A stretch of 64,000 nt of DNA. It comes from Flavobacteriaceae bacterium. Lineage in GTDB: Bacteria; Bacteroidota; Bacteroidia; Flavobacteriales; Flavobacteriaceae. This document shows positions 38,516 through 47,441 of the stretch, in pieces; within the stretch, counting starts at the first letter, position 1; every line of letters starts with the position of its first letter. The stretch covers positions 11,268 to 75,267 of the forward strand of contig CANKZI010000006.1 in assembly GCA_947488595.1 (NCBI GenBank), written 5' to 3'. Under the pieces are notes generated by a model, which did not search any database, was not told where the DNA came from, and saw only the letters and a list, made by a program, of their open reading frames with translations. Both the position numbers and the translations under genes were made by a program.

Positions 38516-39043
38516 ATGTTAGAAGAAAAAGTTATACTCGTTAACGAAAATGACGAACAAATTGGTCTAATGGAAAAGCTTGAAGCCCATGAAAAAGCAA
38601 TTTTACATCGTGCTTTTTCTGTTTTTATTTTAAATTCTAAAAATGAAATCATGCTCCAACAAAGAGCACTTCAAAAATACCATTCACCGCTTTTATGGAC
38701 CAATACTTGTTGTAGTCATCAAAGAGAAGGCGAAACCAATATTCAAGCTGGATCACGTCGTTTATTTGAAGAAATGGGATTTGAAACGCCTTTAAAAGAA
38801 CTGTTTCATTTTATTTACAAAGCGCCATTCGATAACGGATTGACCGAGCACGAACTCGATCACGTAATGATTGGTTACTACAATCAAGCGCCAAAAATAA
38901 ATCCCGAAGAAGTGGAAAATTGGAAGTGGATGGCGATTGAAGATGTTAAAAAGGACATGCAAAATCAACCAGCAATTTATACCGTTTGGTTCAAAATTAT
39001 CTTCGACGAGTTTTATCATTTTCTTGAAGATCATAAAATTTAA
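38516..39043 (+). CDS. idi: type 1 isopentenyl-diphosphate delta-isomerase (Nudix fold)
   Basis: Catalytic WTNTCCSH motif and Nudix-like GE..E.AA context. Length is 175 aa. Confidence 0.88.
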   Translation: MLEEKVILVNENDEQIGLMEKLEAHEKAILHRAFSVFILNSKNEIMLQQRALQKYHSPLLWTNTCCSHQREGETNIQAGSRRLFEEMGFETPLKELFHFIYKAPFDNGLTEHELDHVMIGYYNQAPKINPEEVENWKWMAIEDVKKDMQNQPAIYTVWFKIIFDEFYHFLEDHKI

Positions 39044-39097
39044 AATTGCTTTATTGAATTATTAGACCTTATACCTAAATATACATACCCTTCACCA

Positions 39098-39508
39098 ATG
39101 AAAGTGACCATATCCAGAAAAGCCCATTTTAATGCCGCGCACCGTTTGTATCGAAAAGATTGGTCATTTGAGAAGAATGATGCCGTTTTTGGCAAATGCA
39201 ACAATCCCAATTTTCATGGACACAACTACGAGTTAATAGTTAGCGTAACCGGACAGATTGACCCTGAAACGGGTTATGTTATGGATGTTAAAGTTTTATC
39301 AGACCTTATAAAAGAGGAAGTTGAAAATCAATTTGACCACAAGAATCTCAATCTCGATGTACCCGATTTTCAAGATTTGAATCCAACTGCCGAAAATATT
39401 GTGGTTGTAATTTGGAATAAAATCAGAAAACATATCAAGCCAGCATTCGATGTAGAAGTGGTTTTGTATGAAACGCCGCGCAATTTTGTAACCTATAGAG
39501 GCGAATAA
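39098..39508 (+). CDS. queD: 6-carboxytetrahydropterin synthase QueD (PTPS family)
   Basis: Zinc and catalytic motifs FNAAHRL, CNNPNFHGHNY and the terminal E.P pattern. Length is 136 aa. Confidence 0.88.
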   Translation: MKVTISRKAHFNAAHRLYRKDWSFEKNDAVFGKCNNPNFHGHNYELIVSVTGQIDPETGYVMDVKVLSDLIKEEVENQFDHKNLNLDVPDFQDLNPTAENIVVVIWNKIRKHIKPAFDVEVVLYETPRNFVTYRGE

Positions 39509-39591
39509 CAATCAAGATTTTGTATTATAAATTAATAAAATAGTATCAAAATTTACCGATTGTTTTTTTGAAATTTGTCAAAAAAGTAACC

Positions 39592-40560
39592 ATGAAAAAT
39601 AATTTGTATCCACTACAATTTGAACCCATTTTGAAAGAAAGAATTTGGGGTGGCGAAAAATTAAAAAGTGTTCTTAACAAACCAATAACTTCCAAAATTA
39701 CGGGGGAAAGTTGGGAAATTTCGGCTGTTCAAGGCGATGTCAGCTTGGTTTCCAATGGTTTTTTAAAAGGTAAATCATTGACTGCGCTTATCGATTCGTA
39801 TCCCATTGCAATTTTAGGAAATGTAGTTTACGAGCGGTTTGGCAAACATTTTCCGTTACTTTTTAAGTACTTGGATGCCCGCGATGACTTGTCTATTCAG
39901 GTGCATCCAAATGATGAATTGGCAAAAAAGCGGCACCAGTCTTTTGGTAAAACCGAAATGTGGTATATCATGCAAGCCGACGAAAATGCCAAAGTCATCG
40001 TTGGATTCAAAGAAAAATCTAGTCCTGCACTGTATTTAGATAGTTTGAAACAAAAAACAATACTAACCAATTTAGACAGTATTCAAACAAAAAAAGGCGA
40101 TGTTTTTTTTCTGGAAACAGGAACTGTTCATGCCATTGGCGCTGGCTTGGTTATTGCCGAAATTCAGCAAACCTCCGATATTACCTATCGCATTTATGAT
40201 TTCGATCGTGTCGATGTGAATGGAAAGATGCGCGAATTGCATGTAGATTTAGCACTCGAAGCCATCAATTATAATGTTGTCGACACAAAAAAAGAGTATC
40301 CTACAGTCGAAAATCAGTCGAACGAAATAGTAGATTGTCCTTATTTTACAACTAATCTAATCCCCTTGCACGGTCAATTGACAATTCAAAACAATGGTGA
40401 TTCTTTTAAAGTTTATATGTGTGTCGAAGGCCATTTTGATATCATTACAAACGGAATAAGATACGCTTACCAGACAGGTGATACGATCTTAATTCCTGCT
40501 GCTATAGATGGCTTTGATTTGGTTGGAAAAGCTTCTGTTTTAGAAATTTACATAAAATAG
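39592..40560 (+). CDS. manA: class I mannose-6-phosphate isomerase
   Basis: Cupin metal motifs LSIQVHPND and GTVHAIGAG. The ATG at 39592 is preferred to the TTG at 39568. Confidence 0.85.
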   Translation: MKNNLYPLQFEPILKERIWGGEKLKSVLNKPITSKITGESWEISAVQGDVSLVSNGFLKGKSLTALIDSYPIAILGNVVYERFGKHFPLLFKYLDARDDLSIQVHPNDELAKKRHQSFGKTEMWYIMQADENAKVIVGFKEKSSPALYLDSLKQKTILTNLDSIQTKKGDVFFLETGTVHAIGAGLVIAEIQQTSDITYRIYDFDRVDVNGKMRELHVDLALEAINYNVVDTKKEYPTVENQSNEIVDCPYFTTNLIPLHGQLTIQNNGDSFKVYMCVEGHFDIITNGIRYAYQTGDTILIPAAIDGFDLVGKASVLEIYIK

Positions 40561-40582
40561 TTTTTAATAGAAAGATTATGTG

Positions 40583-40590
40583 TACTTTTG
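40583..40590 (+). promoter_or_regulatory. candidate -7 promoter box (TACTTTTG)
   Basis: Matches TAnnTTTG. It lies inside the listed ORF 40580..40894, 35 nt upstream of the ATG at 40625. Confidence 0.35.
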
Positions 40591-40624
40591 CACCCAAATT
40601 AAGAAAATTAAAAAATACCATACA

Positions 40625-40894
40625 ATGGCAAATGTTAAGAATTTAAAAAAAGACATCAACTACGTTTTAGGTGATATTATCGAAGCGGTTTACTTATTTG
40701 AAATGTCAACTACAGGAAAACCAACTCCAGAAACCAATGCTTTGATAGACGAAGCGATTGCTTCTTTTGATACTTTGATTACTAAAGTAAACGAAAAAAA
40801 AGTAGAGAACAAGAAGGCACATTTCAAAAAAATCAGTGTCGAATTAGAACAAGCTGCAAATCAATTGATTGCTAAAATCAACGGATTGCAATAA
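40625..40894 (+). CDS. small helical hypothetical protein (89 aa)
   Basis: ORF from the ATG at 40625 (MANVKNLKKD...). The promoter box inside the longer version supports this start. Confidence 0.6.
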   Translation: MANVKNLKKDINYVLGDIIEAVYLFEMSTTGKPTPETNALIDEAIASFDTLITKVNEKKVENKKAHFKKISVELEQAANQLIAKINGLQ

Positions 40895-40969
40895 AAATAG
40901 TGCAAAAAAATTACCCTTTTTTTTTGGAAAATTAAAATTGAGTATTATATTTGCCCTCGTATTGAAGTC

Positions 40970-41043
40970 GCCAGCGTAGCTCAGTTGGCTAGAGCAGCTG
41001 ATTTGTAATCAGCAGGTCGTGGGTTCGAGTCCCTCCGCCGGCT
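40970..41043 (+). tRNA. tRNA-Thr (anticodon UGU)
   Basis: Manual cloverleaf fold: GCTC/GAGC D-stem, GCTGA/TCAGC anticodon stem with loop TT-TGT-AA, and GTTCGAGTC T-arm. 3' CCA is not encoded. Two stem mismatches are described in the findings. Confidence 0.85.
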
Positions 41044-41052
41044 CAATATTAA

Positions 41053-41081
41053 AACCATCACATTTTGTGATGGTTTTTTTT
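41053..41081 (+). terminator. rho-independent terminator after the tRNA
   Basis: AACCATCACA-TTT-TGTGATGGTT forms a 10-bp stem followed by T8. Confidence 0.85.
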
Positions 41082-41108
41082 GTTATAAAACCCAAAAGTC
41101 GAAATGTT

Positions 41109-41831
41109 TTATTGTTGCGCTTCTAATTTTTTGCGCTCGTTGTAGTATGCGGTTAATTTTTTACCATAAAACGAAGCAGCAACTTTTGGCGACATCGATT
41201 TTCTAATGGTATCTAAGTATTTCAAATTGATGTCATTGATTTCTGAAAGGGCAATGTATGGTGCGATTTCTGAATTTCTATTGTTAAGTGCAAAGTTGGT
41301 TGCGAACAAATAGCTACGTTTTAAAAGAATATTTTCTAACTTCTGTATGCTGTCAATTCGGTATAATTTATTGAATCGCAATGCTGTTAATCGCGCTTCG
41401 GTAAGTGCCAAACGCTCGTCTTTGAATTTTGAATTGATTTTCTTGTACTCTTCAAATAGTTTTTGATTTTTTGAACCAGTAATCTTAGCTTTGTTATAGT
41501 AACCTTCTAGTTGGGTTTCGATGCTGATATTTCCGGCTTCGGCAAAAAAAGGCAAATTGTCGTCAATTGAATTGGTAATCCCTCTGTCAATAACCAAAAA
41601 ATACATTTCTGGCGATTGTATGGTCAAGTGGCTTTCAAAATGAGAATCACCATCAATTTTTATTGTATCAATAGCAACGAGTGCCGTGTCAACTATTTTT
41701 TTGATATACAACGTCCCTTTTTTAAGTCCATTAATGTTGCCTTTTATATGAAGATTTCCAATTGTTTGTTTTTCGGTACACGAACAAAGAAAAAGAAACA
41801 ACAAAGCGATAATGGTATTTTTAAAGTGCAT
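41109..41831 (-). CDS. DUF4369 domain lipoprotein
   Basis: Lipobox LFLCSC followed by the GNLHIKGNINGLKKGTLYIKK pattern typical of DUF4369. Confidence 0.65.
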   Translation of the reverse strand: MHFKNTIIALLFLFLCSCTEKQTIGNLHIKGNINGLKKGTLYIKKIVDTALVAIDTIKIDGDSHFESHLTIQSPEMYFLVIDRGITNSIDDNLPFFAEAGNISIETQLEGYYNKAKITGSKNQKLFEEYKKINSKFKDERLALTEARLTALRFNKLYRIDSIQKLENILLKRSYLFATNFALNNRNSEIAPYIALSEINDINLKYLDTIRKSMSPKVAASFYGKKLTAYYNERKKLEAQQ

Positions 41832-41919
41832 TTTTTTTGGTTTTTAATTTTCGGCAAAATAATAAAAAAATCCCCAATTCGAGAACAAATTGGGGCTCTA
41901 AATCAGTATTAAATTTTGT

Positions 41920-43767
41920 TTATTCTTTTAACCAAGCTTGTTTTAATTTGTCTTTTGAAGCATCGGTTGCTGTAAAACTTGCTTTTTCTTCGAATGGTAA
42001 TTTTATTTTTCCGTTCAAAATTATTTCGTTCCCGTCGCGTTTGATTTTTACTGTAATGTCTTCGCCTTCAACCCAAGATTGACTTCCCATAATCATGTCA
42101 TAAATATTATCAAGATTATACTTTTGCTCATTAATTTCGGTGAGGATATCTCCATTTTTTATGCCAAGACTGGTATAAAAATCATTCAATGGCATCCCGG
42201 GAATTATAATAATTTCTTTGGTTTCTGGATTTACGGTGATATAAGGTGTTTGCCCTTTTATAAAAACATTTCCAGGCACTTGTATTGTCGAAGTGGTAAC
42301 GCCTACTTTTGCAAAGTAGTCAGCATAAGTAATTGGTGTGCCACCTGCAACATGTGTTTTCAAAAAAGTGCCTACCTCGGGATACGTTAATTCGGTTATT
42401 TTTGCAAATAATTCATGGTCATCAAAAGCCTTTTGTTCACCATAAGTATTGGCTAATTTTTGCATTAAATCTAAAATTCCTCTTTCGCCATTACTTTTCT
42501 CGCGGATAATAATGTCGATACACATACCTATAAGGGCACCTTTGTTGTATACATTCAAATATTGCGCTTTGTAGGGCTCAACCAATACATTAGCACTCAT
42601 ATTTGTAAATGACATCGTATCATTCATGCTATTGGCTTGCTCGATTTTGGCAGCCATTCGATTATAAAAATCAGCTTCACTAATCAATGCTTGGTTGATT
42701 TGAAATAGATTCGCAAAATATTCGGTAACGCCTTCATACATCCATAAATGTTGTGACATTTTAGGATTATTGTAATCAAAATCTTGAATCTCTTTAGAAT
42801 GAACGGTTAAAGGAGTTACAATATGAAAAAATTCATGCGAAACCACATCTTTCATTTGTTCTACCAATTGTGCTTTTGACATCATTTCTGGCATTACTAC
42901 TGTCGTGGCTGTTGGATGTTCAAGTGCTCCAAAGCCTTTGGCGTCATTTTTATTGACATCCGATAGGTACAACAAAACGGTATATTTTTTTGTGCTGTTA
43001 AATTTTCCTAGGAAAGTTTTTTGAGCGGTCATCATAGTTGTCATGTCGGGCGTAATGCTTTCGGCGGTAAACAAATTGTTTGGCGAATATACTGCAATTA
43101 GAATTTCCATTCCGTTGATATTAAAGGTAGTATAGTCGGGTTTTGCATACAAGATTGGATTTTCTACCAATTCGGCATAACGACTTGTTGTAAAGCTGTC
43201 TTTTGTATCGCTTTTATCCAAATCCGTCATTGATGTTGCTCCCCAAAGCGCTGCAGGATGTGCAATTTTAACTTGATAAGGAAGCGTTTTAAAATCGTTA
43301 AAATAACCTACAAACCCGTGAGTATTGATGATGAAGTTTTTACCTTCTTCGATATTTGTGCCAGCGGGAGAAAAAATATCTGAGCCAAATTCGCCACCTT
43401 TTTCAGTGTCATAAGAGTCATTGACCCAGTACGTAATTTTTGATAACTTTTTGGCATTGCTAATTTCCCAAGAATTATCATCCAATTTAGCAACAATTAA
43501 TAAATTTCCTTTGCTGTCTATAGCTTGAAAGTCATCAATTAGTTTTCCGTAATTGTCTTCAGAATAAGTACCCGGAACGGTTTTCGGAATACAATAAACA
43601 ATTTTGTCTGTTTTTATTTTTGGTGTTGCAACTGTGACTTTAACTTTGTCATCTTTTACAATATTCAAATCAATATTGACTTGAATTGGGTTGGTTATTT
43701 TTTGACCAACTGCATTGGAACCCAATAACGAAAAGGCTAAAGCTAAAATACAAATACAATTTTTCAT
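41920..43767 (-). CDS. M61 family metallopeptidase (glycyl aminopeptidase-like) with C-terminal PDZ domain
   Basis: Signal peptide, zinc motif HEFFH plus downstream EGVTEY, and a PDZ-like C-terminus. Confidence 0.85.
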   Translation of the reverse strand: MKNCICILALAFSLLGSNAVGQKITNPIQVNIDLNIVKDDKVKVTVATPKIKTDKIVYCIPKTVPGTYSEDNYGKLIDDFQAIDSKGNLLIVAKLDDNSWEISNAKKLSKITYWVNDSYDTEKGGEFGSDIFSPAGTNIEEGKNFIINTHGFVGYFNDFKTLPYQVKIAHPAALWGATSMTDLDKSDTKDSFTTSRYAELVENPILYAKPDYTTFNINGMEILIAVYSPNNLFTAESITPDMTTMMTAQKTFLGKFNSTKKYTVLLYLSDVNKNDAKGFGALEHPTATTVVMPEMMSKAQLVEQMKDVVSHEFFHIVTPLTVHSKEIQDFDYNNPKMSQHLWMYEGVTEYFANLFQINQALISEADFYNRMAAKIEQANSMNDTMSFTNMSANVLVEPYKAQYLNVYNKGALIGMCIDIIIREKSNGERGILDLMQKLANTYGEQKAFDDHELFAKITELTYPEVGTFLKTHVAGGTPITYADYFAKVGVTTSTIQVPGNVFIKGQTPYITVNPETKEIIIIPGMPLNDFYTSLGIKNGDILTEINEQKYNLDNIYDMIMGSQSWVEGEDITVKIKRDGNEIILNGKIKLPFEEKASFTATDASKDKLKQAWLKE

Positions 43768-43842
43768 TATATAAATTTAAGAAATTTGCTATAGGTAGTT
43801 TTATTTTGAATTTTGTTACAAATCATAACTTTGTTTTGTCTT

Positions 43843-45234
43843 CTATAATTTGGTTTGAAGACCAATCCACTCTGAAATTTTTTGTAAAGCGATAGGCGAA
43901 AAAGTTTGTTCTATTTGTTCGTATTCTTCAACAGTACAGGTTTTGCATTCTTGGAACAAATGATTCAATCCAGGAAAAATATTTACGGCAACTTTTTTGT
44001 TACCCCACTTTTCAAGTTCGTTTTTAATGGCTTCAGTATTCGATTTTGCAGGCACTTGAATATCTTTTTCTCCGTTTAAAACCAATACAGCACATTTTAC
44101 TTCTTTTAAAATTGGTCGTGGGTCATATTTTATAAAGTAAGAAAACCATGGCGAAGCTATTGTATTTGATTGTTCAGCGGCAATAGATTTAATCTGTTCT
44201 GCTGTTGGTTTTTGATCTTCGGGCAATTCGCTTAACTGCTTTTCTAAAATAATTGCAATTTGCTTCTTAATTTGGTTTTGATCTTTTTCGGTTTTAATAA
44301 TCTGATAAATCTCTTTATTGATTTTACTCGCATTTTCTAATTCAGTTTCCGACATACCCGCTGATTTGCCAATCAAATAAGCTTGTTGTAGTAGCAATTC
44401 ATCGCCAGGAATTCCAGTGCCTGCCAAAAGCACGATATAACTGATGTCTTTATTATTGGCAGCGACCATGGGTGCAATGGTTCCGCCTTCGCTATGGCCA
44501 ATTAAGCCAATTTTTTTGGTGTTGACTTCTTTTCTGGTTTTCAAGTATTCAACAGCTGCTTTCGCATCATCGGCAAAGTTTTTTGATGTTGCTTCGGTTC
44601 TATCGCCTTTAGATGTTGCAACACCACGATCATCATAACGCAAAACACCAATTCCGTTTTTAGTCAAATAATCTGCTAGAACAAGAAATGGTTTGTGCCC
44701 TAAAAGTTCAGAATCACGGTTTTGTGCACCGCTTCCAGTAATTAAAACTACAACAGGAAATTGTCCCTCTTTTTTTGGAAGCGTTAAAGTACCTGTAAGT
44801 GAAAAGTTTTCTATCTTGTTTTGAAAAGTAACTTCTTCTGAATAATAGGAGTAAGGCGTTTTAGGTTCTTGTGGTCTTTTATTGGCTTCTTCTCGGTTTA
44901 AATTTAGAGGAAAAATGGCTCCCGACTGTTTAAAATTCCCTACAATAATATCAGTAGTATCGAGTGTTCCAGAGTAAGTGATATTGGCTGCTGGAATTTC
45001 TAAAAATAGTTTTTTTGATGTATCAAATGAAACTATTTCGATTGGTATGCCTTTTGCGCCTTGGTCTGGGCTGTCCATAGTAGCGGCATAGCCATTTTCG
45101 GTTTTAGCAATACTAAAAACCAACGTTAATTTTCCAGTTGGAACTTCTAAAATTCCTGACCATTTTCCGATTATTTCTTGAGAATAGGAGGATAGGGACA
45201 ATAACAATGTTAGTGTTGGTATTAATTTTTTCAT
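43843..45234 (-). CDS. secreted alpha/beta hydrolase
   Basis: Signal peptide, nucleophile elbow GHSEGG and a late NHLF histidine context. Confidence 0.8.
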   Translation of the reverse strand: MKKLIPTLTLLLSLSSYSQEIIGKWSGILEVPTGKLTLVFSIAKTENGYAATMDSPDQGAKGIPIEIVSFDTSKKLFLEIPAANITYSGTLDTTDIIVGNFKQSGAIFPLNLNREEANKRPQEPKTPYSYYSEEVTFQNKIENFSLTGTLTLPKKEGQFPVVVLITGSGAQNRDSELLGHKPFLVLADYLTKNGIGVLRYDDRGVATSKGDRTEATSKNFADDAKAAVEYLKTRKEVNTKKIGLIGHSEGGTIAPMVAANNKDISYIVLLAGTGIPGDELLLQQAYLIGKSAGMSETELENASKINKEIYQIIKTEKDQNQIKKQIAIILEKQLSELPEDQKPTAEQIKSIAAEQSNTIASPWFSYFIKYDPRPILKEVKCAVLVLNGEKDIQVPAKSNTEAIKNELEKWGNKKVAVNIFPGLNHLFQECKTCTVEEYEQIEQTFSPIALQKISEWIGLQTKL

Positions 45235-45235
45235 T

Positions 45236-45580
45236 TTATAATTGGTTTAAAAAGTGCATAGTTTCAAGTGGATTTGCCACTTCAATGATTAGTTTTTTGT
45301 ATTCGGCGTTTTTAAGCTCGACAATGATGGTTTTCTTTTTATTAATAACATCCCAAAAGTACCATTCACTACGTTGATAATAAGATCCAGCAATAATAAT
45401 TCCCGGAATTTCGGTGCCTGGCATTCTCCATCCTTTCCAAAAACCAAAAGGCTTTTTGTGTTGATATGCTTTGACAATATCTTTTTTTGAAATTATAATT
45501 TTGCTTTTGAATGTCCAGATTTTATGCCACCCGATTACTTCAAAAACCACATTATCATTTTGTAGGTAAACATCTATCAT
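45236..45580 (-). CDS. small hypothetical protein, possibly bacterial PH-like fold
   Basis: 114-aa ORF packed 1 nt upstream of the hydrolase gene. The fold guess is inference only. Confidence 0.55.
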   Translation of the reverse strand: MIDVYLQNDNVVFEVIGWHKIWTFKSKIIISKKDIVKAYQHKKPFGFWKGWRMPGTEIPGIIIAGSYYQRSEWYFWDVINKKKTIIVELKNAEYKKLIIEVANPLETMHFLNQL

Positions 45581-45583
45581 AAT

Positions 45584-46162
45584 TTAGAGTAAATAAATTA
45601 ATACTTTATTGATGATTTCGGCAATAATTATTGCGATTACAAACACGACTATTTTTTGTATTCCTTTGGCATTGGTAGCGGTTTTAAATCCACTCCACAA
45701 AATAATAAAAAACCAAGCAATAGCAGCCATCGAAACCATGGCAAAAAACAAGATGATTACCAAATCAGCAATAGCTATTGCCTCGATTTTTTGCGATTGT
45801 GTAGCAACAAGCAACCGCTGCGAAATGTTGAAAACGCTATTATTCACATTGAAAACAGTAAGCAAATAAATTGGCGTTCTTGCGATTGTGGTCGCTGCGA
45901 CAACATCAATAATTCGCGTTTTCGGATTGAAGTATTTTCCTAAACCAATCAGAACCAAATTGACACAAAATAAGGCGATTAAATTATCAAAAAAGGCTTG
46001 AAATGGCAAAGTGCTTTTTACAAAATGCAAATCGATGACGCCATCAAATCGCGCGTTAAAATACCAACCTAAAAAAGAGCCAATGACAGTTATCGGAATG
46101 CCAAAAAGCAATATTTTTTTTTCGGAATACCGTTGAAACGGATTAAAAAAAAGTGTTCTCAT
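45584..46162 (-). CDS. polytopic membrane protein (Yip1-like topology), function unknown
   Basis: 192 aa with about 5 hydrophobic helices. Its start overlaps the DUF2089 gene stop by 4 nt. Confidence 0.6.
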   Translation of the reverse strand: MRTLFFNPFQRYSEKKILLFGIPITVIGSFLGWYFNARFDGVIDLHFVKSTLPFQAFFDNLIALFCVNLVLIGLGKYFNPKTRIIDVVAATTIARTPIYLLTVFNVNNSVFNISQRLLVATQSQKIEAIAIADLVIILFFAMVSMAAIAWFFIILWSGFKTATNAKGIQKIVVFVIAIIIAEIINKVLIYLL

Positions 46163-46443
46163 TTTTTGGAAACAGTTTTTAAATGATTGATTTTTGCAAT
46201 AATATCGTCGAGTTTATTGCGAACAGTTGGATAGCTATTGCCCATTTGTGCCGCCATTTCTTTTAAGCTTCCGCTATTTAAAAAAAATTGGAGGATAAAA
46301 TTTTGTTCCTCTTCCTGTATTTGCATTAGGATAGGAAGCGAATAACTGCCAGAAACTGAAGTCGTGCATTGGCTGCAGCTCAGTTGGGTGACCGAAAGCG
46401 CACTTTCGCAACTTGGACATTGTATAGGAAGTTTGGGTTGCAT
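46159..46443 (-). CDS. DUF2089 family protein (zinc ribbon + HTH)
   Basis: CPSC...CSQC zinc ribbon and a C-terminal HTH (LKEMAAQMGNSYPTVRNKLDDII). The ATG at 46443 is preferred because a TAATTTTG box (46464-46471) overlaps the listed GTG start. Confidence 0.75.
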   Translation of the reverse strand: MQPKLPIQCPSCESALSVTQLSCSQCTTSVSGSYSLPILMQIQEEEQNFILQFFLNSGSLKEMAAQMGNSYPTVRNKLDDIIAKINHLKTVSKK

Positions 46444-46722
46444 ATTATTGAATTTATAATACACAAAATTAAATAATATTTATTTATAATTGAATATTGT
46501 TTAAAATATTTTTAATATTATTTTGTAATGATAATAAGATCAATAGTTAGGTGAAATAAAAATGAAACTTACTGAGTACATTATTAAAGGTTTTTGCCTA
46601 TGATCTGAAGATTTTGGTGTTGTAATGAAATAAAAAGTAGGGTATGTTGTACTATAACTGTTAGAATCAATGGTTCTTTGTTGAACTCGCGTTTATTCAT
46701 AAATAGTATTCGTATCTCAAAT

Positions 46723-47001
46723 TTATCTTTTGGAGATTTTGTTATGCGTAATTTGTCTTTGCAAAGTGCATTTGAATCTGTCAATTCCATCGACACGGAG
46801 TTTGGCATGTTTTGTTGAACGTCCTTGAACGCGGGCGCGCCACATTTTGAAACTGGATTGTTTCATTTCGGAACGCATGATTTCAATAGTTTCTTGTTCA
46901 GAAATTCCAAATTGTAGTTTAATGGCGTCAAAAGTGGTTCGGTCTTCCCAGGCCATTTCGATAATGCGATCAATTTCTAATTCAGAAAACACTTTTTTCA
47001 C
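46723..47001 (-). CDS. DUF2805 / TIGR03643-like small protein
   Basis: The core IIEMAWEDRTTFDAIKLQFGISEQETIEIMRSEMKQSSFKMWRARV fits the family as I remember it. The start is uncertain (GTG at 47001 or ATG at 46956) because a terminator hairpin sits inside the listed ORF. Confidence 0.6.
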   Translation of the reverse strand: MKKVFSELEIDRIIEMAWEDRTTFDAIKLQFGISEQETIEIMRSEMKQSSFKMWRARVQGRSTKHAKLRVDGIDRFKCTLQRQITHNKISKR

Positions 47002-47022
47002 AGCGATTAATTTTTGTAAAAA

Positions 47023-47049
47023 TAAAAAAACTCTTGCAGAACAAGAGTT
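47023..47049 (-). terminator. hairpin terminator between the two DUF2805-like genes
   Basis: On the minus strand, AACTCTTG-TTCTG-CAAGAGTT is followed by T7. Confidence 0.7.
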
Positions 47050-47054
47050 AAAAT

Positions 47055-47333
47055 TCAATCAAATTTATTTTTTATATAATATTTTCCATCCAAATCTTCA
47101 TCAAAATCATCAATTTTTGGCGGTTTAGGCTTAGGTTTACTGGCTTGTGCTTTCTTTTTCCACATTTCAAATTTTTCTGTGGTTAGCTTTTTTTTCATAA
47201 TCTCAAGCACTTCTTTTTCTGCGAATCCAAATTCTTTTTTTATGATTTCAAAAGGATTTTTTTCTTCTAAAGCGAGGGTAACTAATTTTTCAGTTTGTTC
47301 CCAGTTCAATTCTGTTTGTTTACTCTTTTTCAT
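47055..47333 (-). CDS. diverged DUF2805-like paralogue with Lys/Pro-rich and acidic tail
   Basis: PFEIIKKEFGFAEKEVLEIMKKKLTTEKFEMWKKKAQ aligns by eye with the downstream gene (shared F, IK, FG, E, EIM, F, MW and Q positions). Confidence 0.6.
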   Translation of the reverse strand: MKKSKQTELNWEQTEKLVTLALEEKNPFEIIKKEFGFAEKEVLEIMKKKLTTEKFEMWKKKAQASKPKPKPPKIDDFDEDLDGKYYIKNKFD

Positions 47334-47441
47334 TACTTGAAAATAAATTCAGATAAATTTTTTAAAGTTGGTATTTTTATTTCAATATTAAGAAAAATAA
47401 CAATCACTTTTAAATGCAAGGTGAAATTTTTTTGAAAGATT

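Noticed and set aside
39044-39097. Looked for a preQ1 riboswitch upstream of queD.
   Set aside because: The 54-nt spacer has no recognisable preQ1-I/II core or pseudoknot-forming complementarity.
46584-46808. 74-aa minus-strand ORF downstream of and overlapping the DUF2805-like gene.
   Set aside because: It overlaps the 3' end of a better-supported gene in another frame and extends into an AT-rich spacer.
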